The notes beneath the pieces are model-generated. The model did not search any database. It was not told the origin of the DNA and saw only the letters and a program-made list of their open reading frames with translations. A program made the position numbers and the translations under genes. Below are positions 29,674-32,000 of a DNA stretch of 32,000 bases, piece after piece. Position 1 is the first letter of the stretch; each line of letters starts with the position of its first letter. The stretch is taken from the NCBI RefSeq assembly GCF_053165375.1, contig NZ_CP159209.1; one strand, given 5' to 3'.

Positions 29674-29691
29674 TCCTATTATCGGCACCAT
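29674..29691 (+). repeat. Right att core
   Basis: TCCTATTATCGGCACCAT, 18/18 match to the thrW 3' end core at 12565-12582. Confidence 0.92.
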
Positions 29692-30296
29692 CAAGAAAAT
29701 CAATAACTTAGCTTAACTTCTCTAAGGAATTGTATCTTCTGTTATCACTTACAAACGCCTATACGTTGTTATGGGCTTTGGTAGTGTAACACGTATGGGC
29801 GAGTAGTTCCCAGGCTCAACCTCGTAACAAGTTCCTTTGAAGCTGGAAGACGTGCCACCGTCTCTAAACCTTCTACCAAAACTCTTAGCAAGATGTTCCA
29901 CACCTGGCGCGGTGTCCAATGATGCTACACGTCGTGAGACGTTGCAGAGGATAAACAGGCTAAATGATGGGAAGAGTTTTAAGTGCAATAGTGGATCAAA
30001 GCCCACCTCTTCAAAACCTAACTTGATCGGGAAAGAATCAAGCTCTAGCACGGTTTCGTCCACCGGAGTACAACGGGTGCCTGATAAGAGAAGAACTGCT
30101 AAGACTTCATAGCTTTTGTGAAAAAGCCCTTTTTAGTGGATACGCCTACGGCGCTTATTTTTTGGTATAACCATCAAAGGCGCTTTATGGCTCCTATTGT
30201 CTTGAAAATGTATCTTTACTTGTATTGTGTTTTATGCGTAGTCTCCCTGTGTAGTATGTAACTTGTTAATTTTCATATGAATACAGAGGCAACACG

Positions 30297-30449
30297 ATGA
30301 AAAATATTGCAGCTATCAAACGTAATAACCGCAAGATTCACGCTCGTAAGTTCCTGTCTACGCCAGAAGGAAAAGCCTGGCTAGAGCGTAAACAGAGAGA
30401 GAACGAAGAAAGAAAACTCCTTAGTGAGTTGAAATGGCTTAAGGATTGA
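30297..30449 (+). CDS. Small basic hypothetical protein (50 aa)
   Basis: MKNIAAIKRNNRKIHARKFLSTPEGKAWLERKQRENEERKLLSELKWLKD; GAGGC upstream; below the track length cutoff. Confidence 0.6.
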   Translation: MKNIAAIKRNNRKIHARKFLSTPEGKAWLERKQRENEERKLLSELKWLKD

Positions 30450-31068
30450 ATCACCAGTAGGCGCATAACACATCCAGCGATCAAAGATGTGTTTATGCGC
30501 CTGATAGTGAAATTATTAAAGTCGTTTAGTTAACATCGCCATTGCTTGAGCAATAATTGCAACAGCGTCCATCTCTTCACTGGAAGCGATGCAAATGCGG
30601 TAACTAATAGCCACAATGAATACATCAATAACGAGAAAGTGAATAGTGTGAAGATGTTTTGAAAGTAAATGCATAACTTCCTCCGGTTTTGGGATAGGAG
30701 GATTAGAACATGCATTAAATGATGTTGCAAGAATGGCAATTTACCCTAATAGTCTACTATTCACCTCAATCTACGTCAACCAATATTTGATGTAGATTTA
30801 ATTTTCTTTTAAAAACAATATGTTGTTATTTGTTGAATTTTGGGGTTAGGTTGTTTTTTGAACGTTTTCATCAAGTGTAAAGATACGTTTAGCCTTCATA
30901 GTGAGTTCAGTTACTGTCTTTTTCTCTGAAATCGGCGCAAACGTGATCATCGCTTGAGGTTGCTGCTCTTACTTCTCAAATTGTGATGGAGAACGATAAA
31001 GGTTAGAGGGCACTTTTATTTTTTTAAGCAAGTGTATAGCATAAGAATAATCTAAAAAGGGAGGTTAT

Positions 31069-31620
31069 ATGCGCAGGTCTGCATTTGTGAGGATGATGAT
31101 TTTTACAACGTTGTTTGTAGGGGGAACTTCTACCGCAGTTGCTAAAAACTGCAAAAAAGGAATACCTTGTGGTAACTCGTGTATAGCTGTTGGTAAGACG
31201 TGCCGGATTGGCTCTTATGCCCCTTCATCTTATAAAAATCATTCATACTCTTATCCTTCATCCTCTATTCGAAGCTCGCATTCAAATAATTCACGAAAAA
31301 CTGAAGGAGTGAAAACGACTCCTGCTGCCAAAAATTATCTTTGCCAATACTCTATTGCATCAATCGAAAACGGACGTTTAGGGGCATTACGTGTTCAGGG
31401 ATACGCACAAGTAACTTTATATGCAGATAGCTTCAAGGCTAACAGATTAAATGGAACATATTTGATATCGCCAAAACTGAATGCTAACGGCAAGTTTATG
31501 ATGGCAGATGATAAAAGCAAGGTTTATGCTTATGATTCTTGGCTATTAAATTTTGCAATAAGCGATCGTATCACAAGAACGACAGAACAATGGGATCGAT
31601 GTAAGCTCAATCAAAAATAA
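31069..31620 (+). CDS. Putative secreted hypothetical protein (183 aa)
   Basis: Signal peptide MRRSAFVRMMIFTTLFVGGTSTAVA, then KNCKKGIPCGNSCIAVGKTCR Cys motif; SD-like GGGAGG upstream. Confidence 0.75.
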   Translation: MRRSAFVRMMIFTTLFVGGTSTAVAKNCKKGIPCGNSCIAVGKTCRIGSYAPSSYKNHSYSYPSSSIRSSHSNNSRKTEGVKTTPAAKNYLCQYSIASIENGRLGALRVQGYAQVTLYADSFKANRLNGTYLISPKLNANGKFMMADDKSKVYAYDSWLLNFAISDRITRTTEQWDRCKLNQK

Positions 31621-32000
31621 CAGTTAGAGAAGCTCTTGTAGAGGCATTATTGAGTTATTGGTTTTAATATTTTTGTGCCTCTATGGGCTTTTTTTGCCTT
31701 TTTGCAATGTAGGAGAGAGCACAGGAATCGTTAAAATTAATTATTGGGGTATTTAAGGTTATTTTCAGGTGATTTAAGGGTATTAAACGTAATTTAAGTG
31801 ATTAAAATATAAACAGGTTGTTCTGTATCTTATTGATTTATAAGGTTGTTTTCAAATAAAGGTAAATAAAAAATAAATAGCCATAAATAGCTATAAATAC
31901 ATCTAAATACATATGAATCCCCTCCCTTATGGCTAGATTGCGAGAGGTGCTTAACGCGATTTTCAGCGCCCCCCGATCTGGAAAATCCAGAATCCCCAAA

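Larger units (their letters stand above)
12565..29691. mobile_element. Integrated P4-like/satellite-like element at thrW (~17.1 kb)
   Basis: Identical 18-bp cores at both ends, integrase directly inside the left end, phage/satellite gene content throughout. Confidence 0.93.

Noticed and set aside
29749-30112. Overlapping ORFs on both strands (104 aa minus, 91 aa plus) just outside attR
   Set aside because: Cannot decide which, if either, is coding; the + ORF needs a TTG start right after an upstream stop.
30516-30739. Small hydrophobic minus-strand ORFs (52-69 aa), considered as a hok/TisB-like toxin
   Set aside because: No recognisable toxin motif or antisense RNA arrangement identified; insufficient support.

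Overview
The window is an Escherichia/Shigella-type chromosomal segment. The backbone (1-12581) runs lafT 3' end, lafU, dinB, yafP, rtcB-like, prfH, pepD(-), gpt, frsA, crl, phoE(-), proB, proA and thrW (tRNA-Thr, CGU). A ~17.1 kb integrated element follows, inserted at the 3' end of thrW. An 18-bp core, TCCTATTATCGGCACCAT, is present at both ends (12565-12582 and 29674-29691). The element encodes a P4-type tyrosine integrase, an AlpA-like regulator, an AntA/AntB-type antirepressor, Ash/Icd-like overlapping frames and a P4-alpha-like primase/helicase, with iteron-like repeats beside it. It also has a LexA-box-controlled cassette containing a small protein and two P22 gp20/gp16-like DNA-ejection proteins, but no capsid, portal or terminase genes. 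At the P22 'moron' position it carries a small membrane protein, an Abi_2 (AbiD/AbiF-type, two RX4H HEPN motifs) gene with a structured, possibly non-coding RNA leader, a convergent RHH/HTH protein, and a PerC-like regulator. Strongest leads: (1) the Abi_2 HEPN gene plus its upstream structured RNA; (2) a satellite-like element carrying only SOS-linked ejection proteins; (3) a ~600-nt highly structured leader between int and alpA with two exact rrn-type boxA sequences and a 23-bp perfect repeat; (4) iteron clusters flanking two unknown ORFs after the primase; (5) an intact rtcB2-prfH ribosome-repair pair and a dinB-yafP junction lacking yafNO. All family assignments come from reading the translations by eye; no database search was run.
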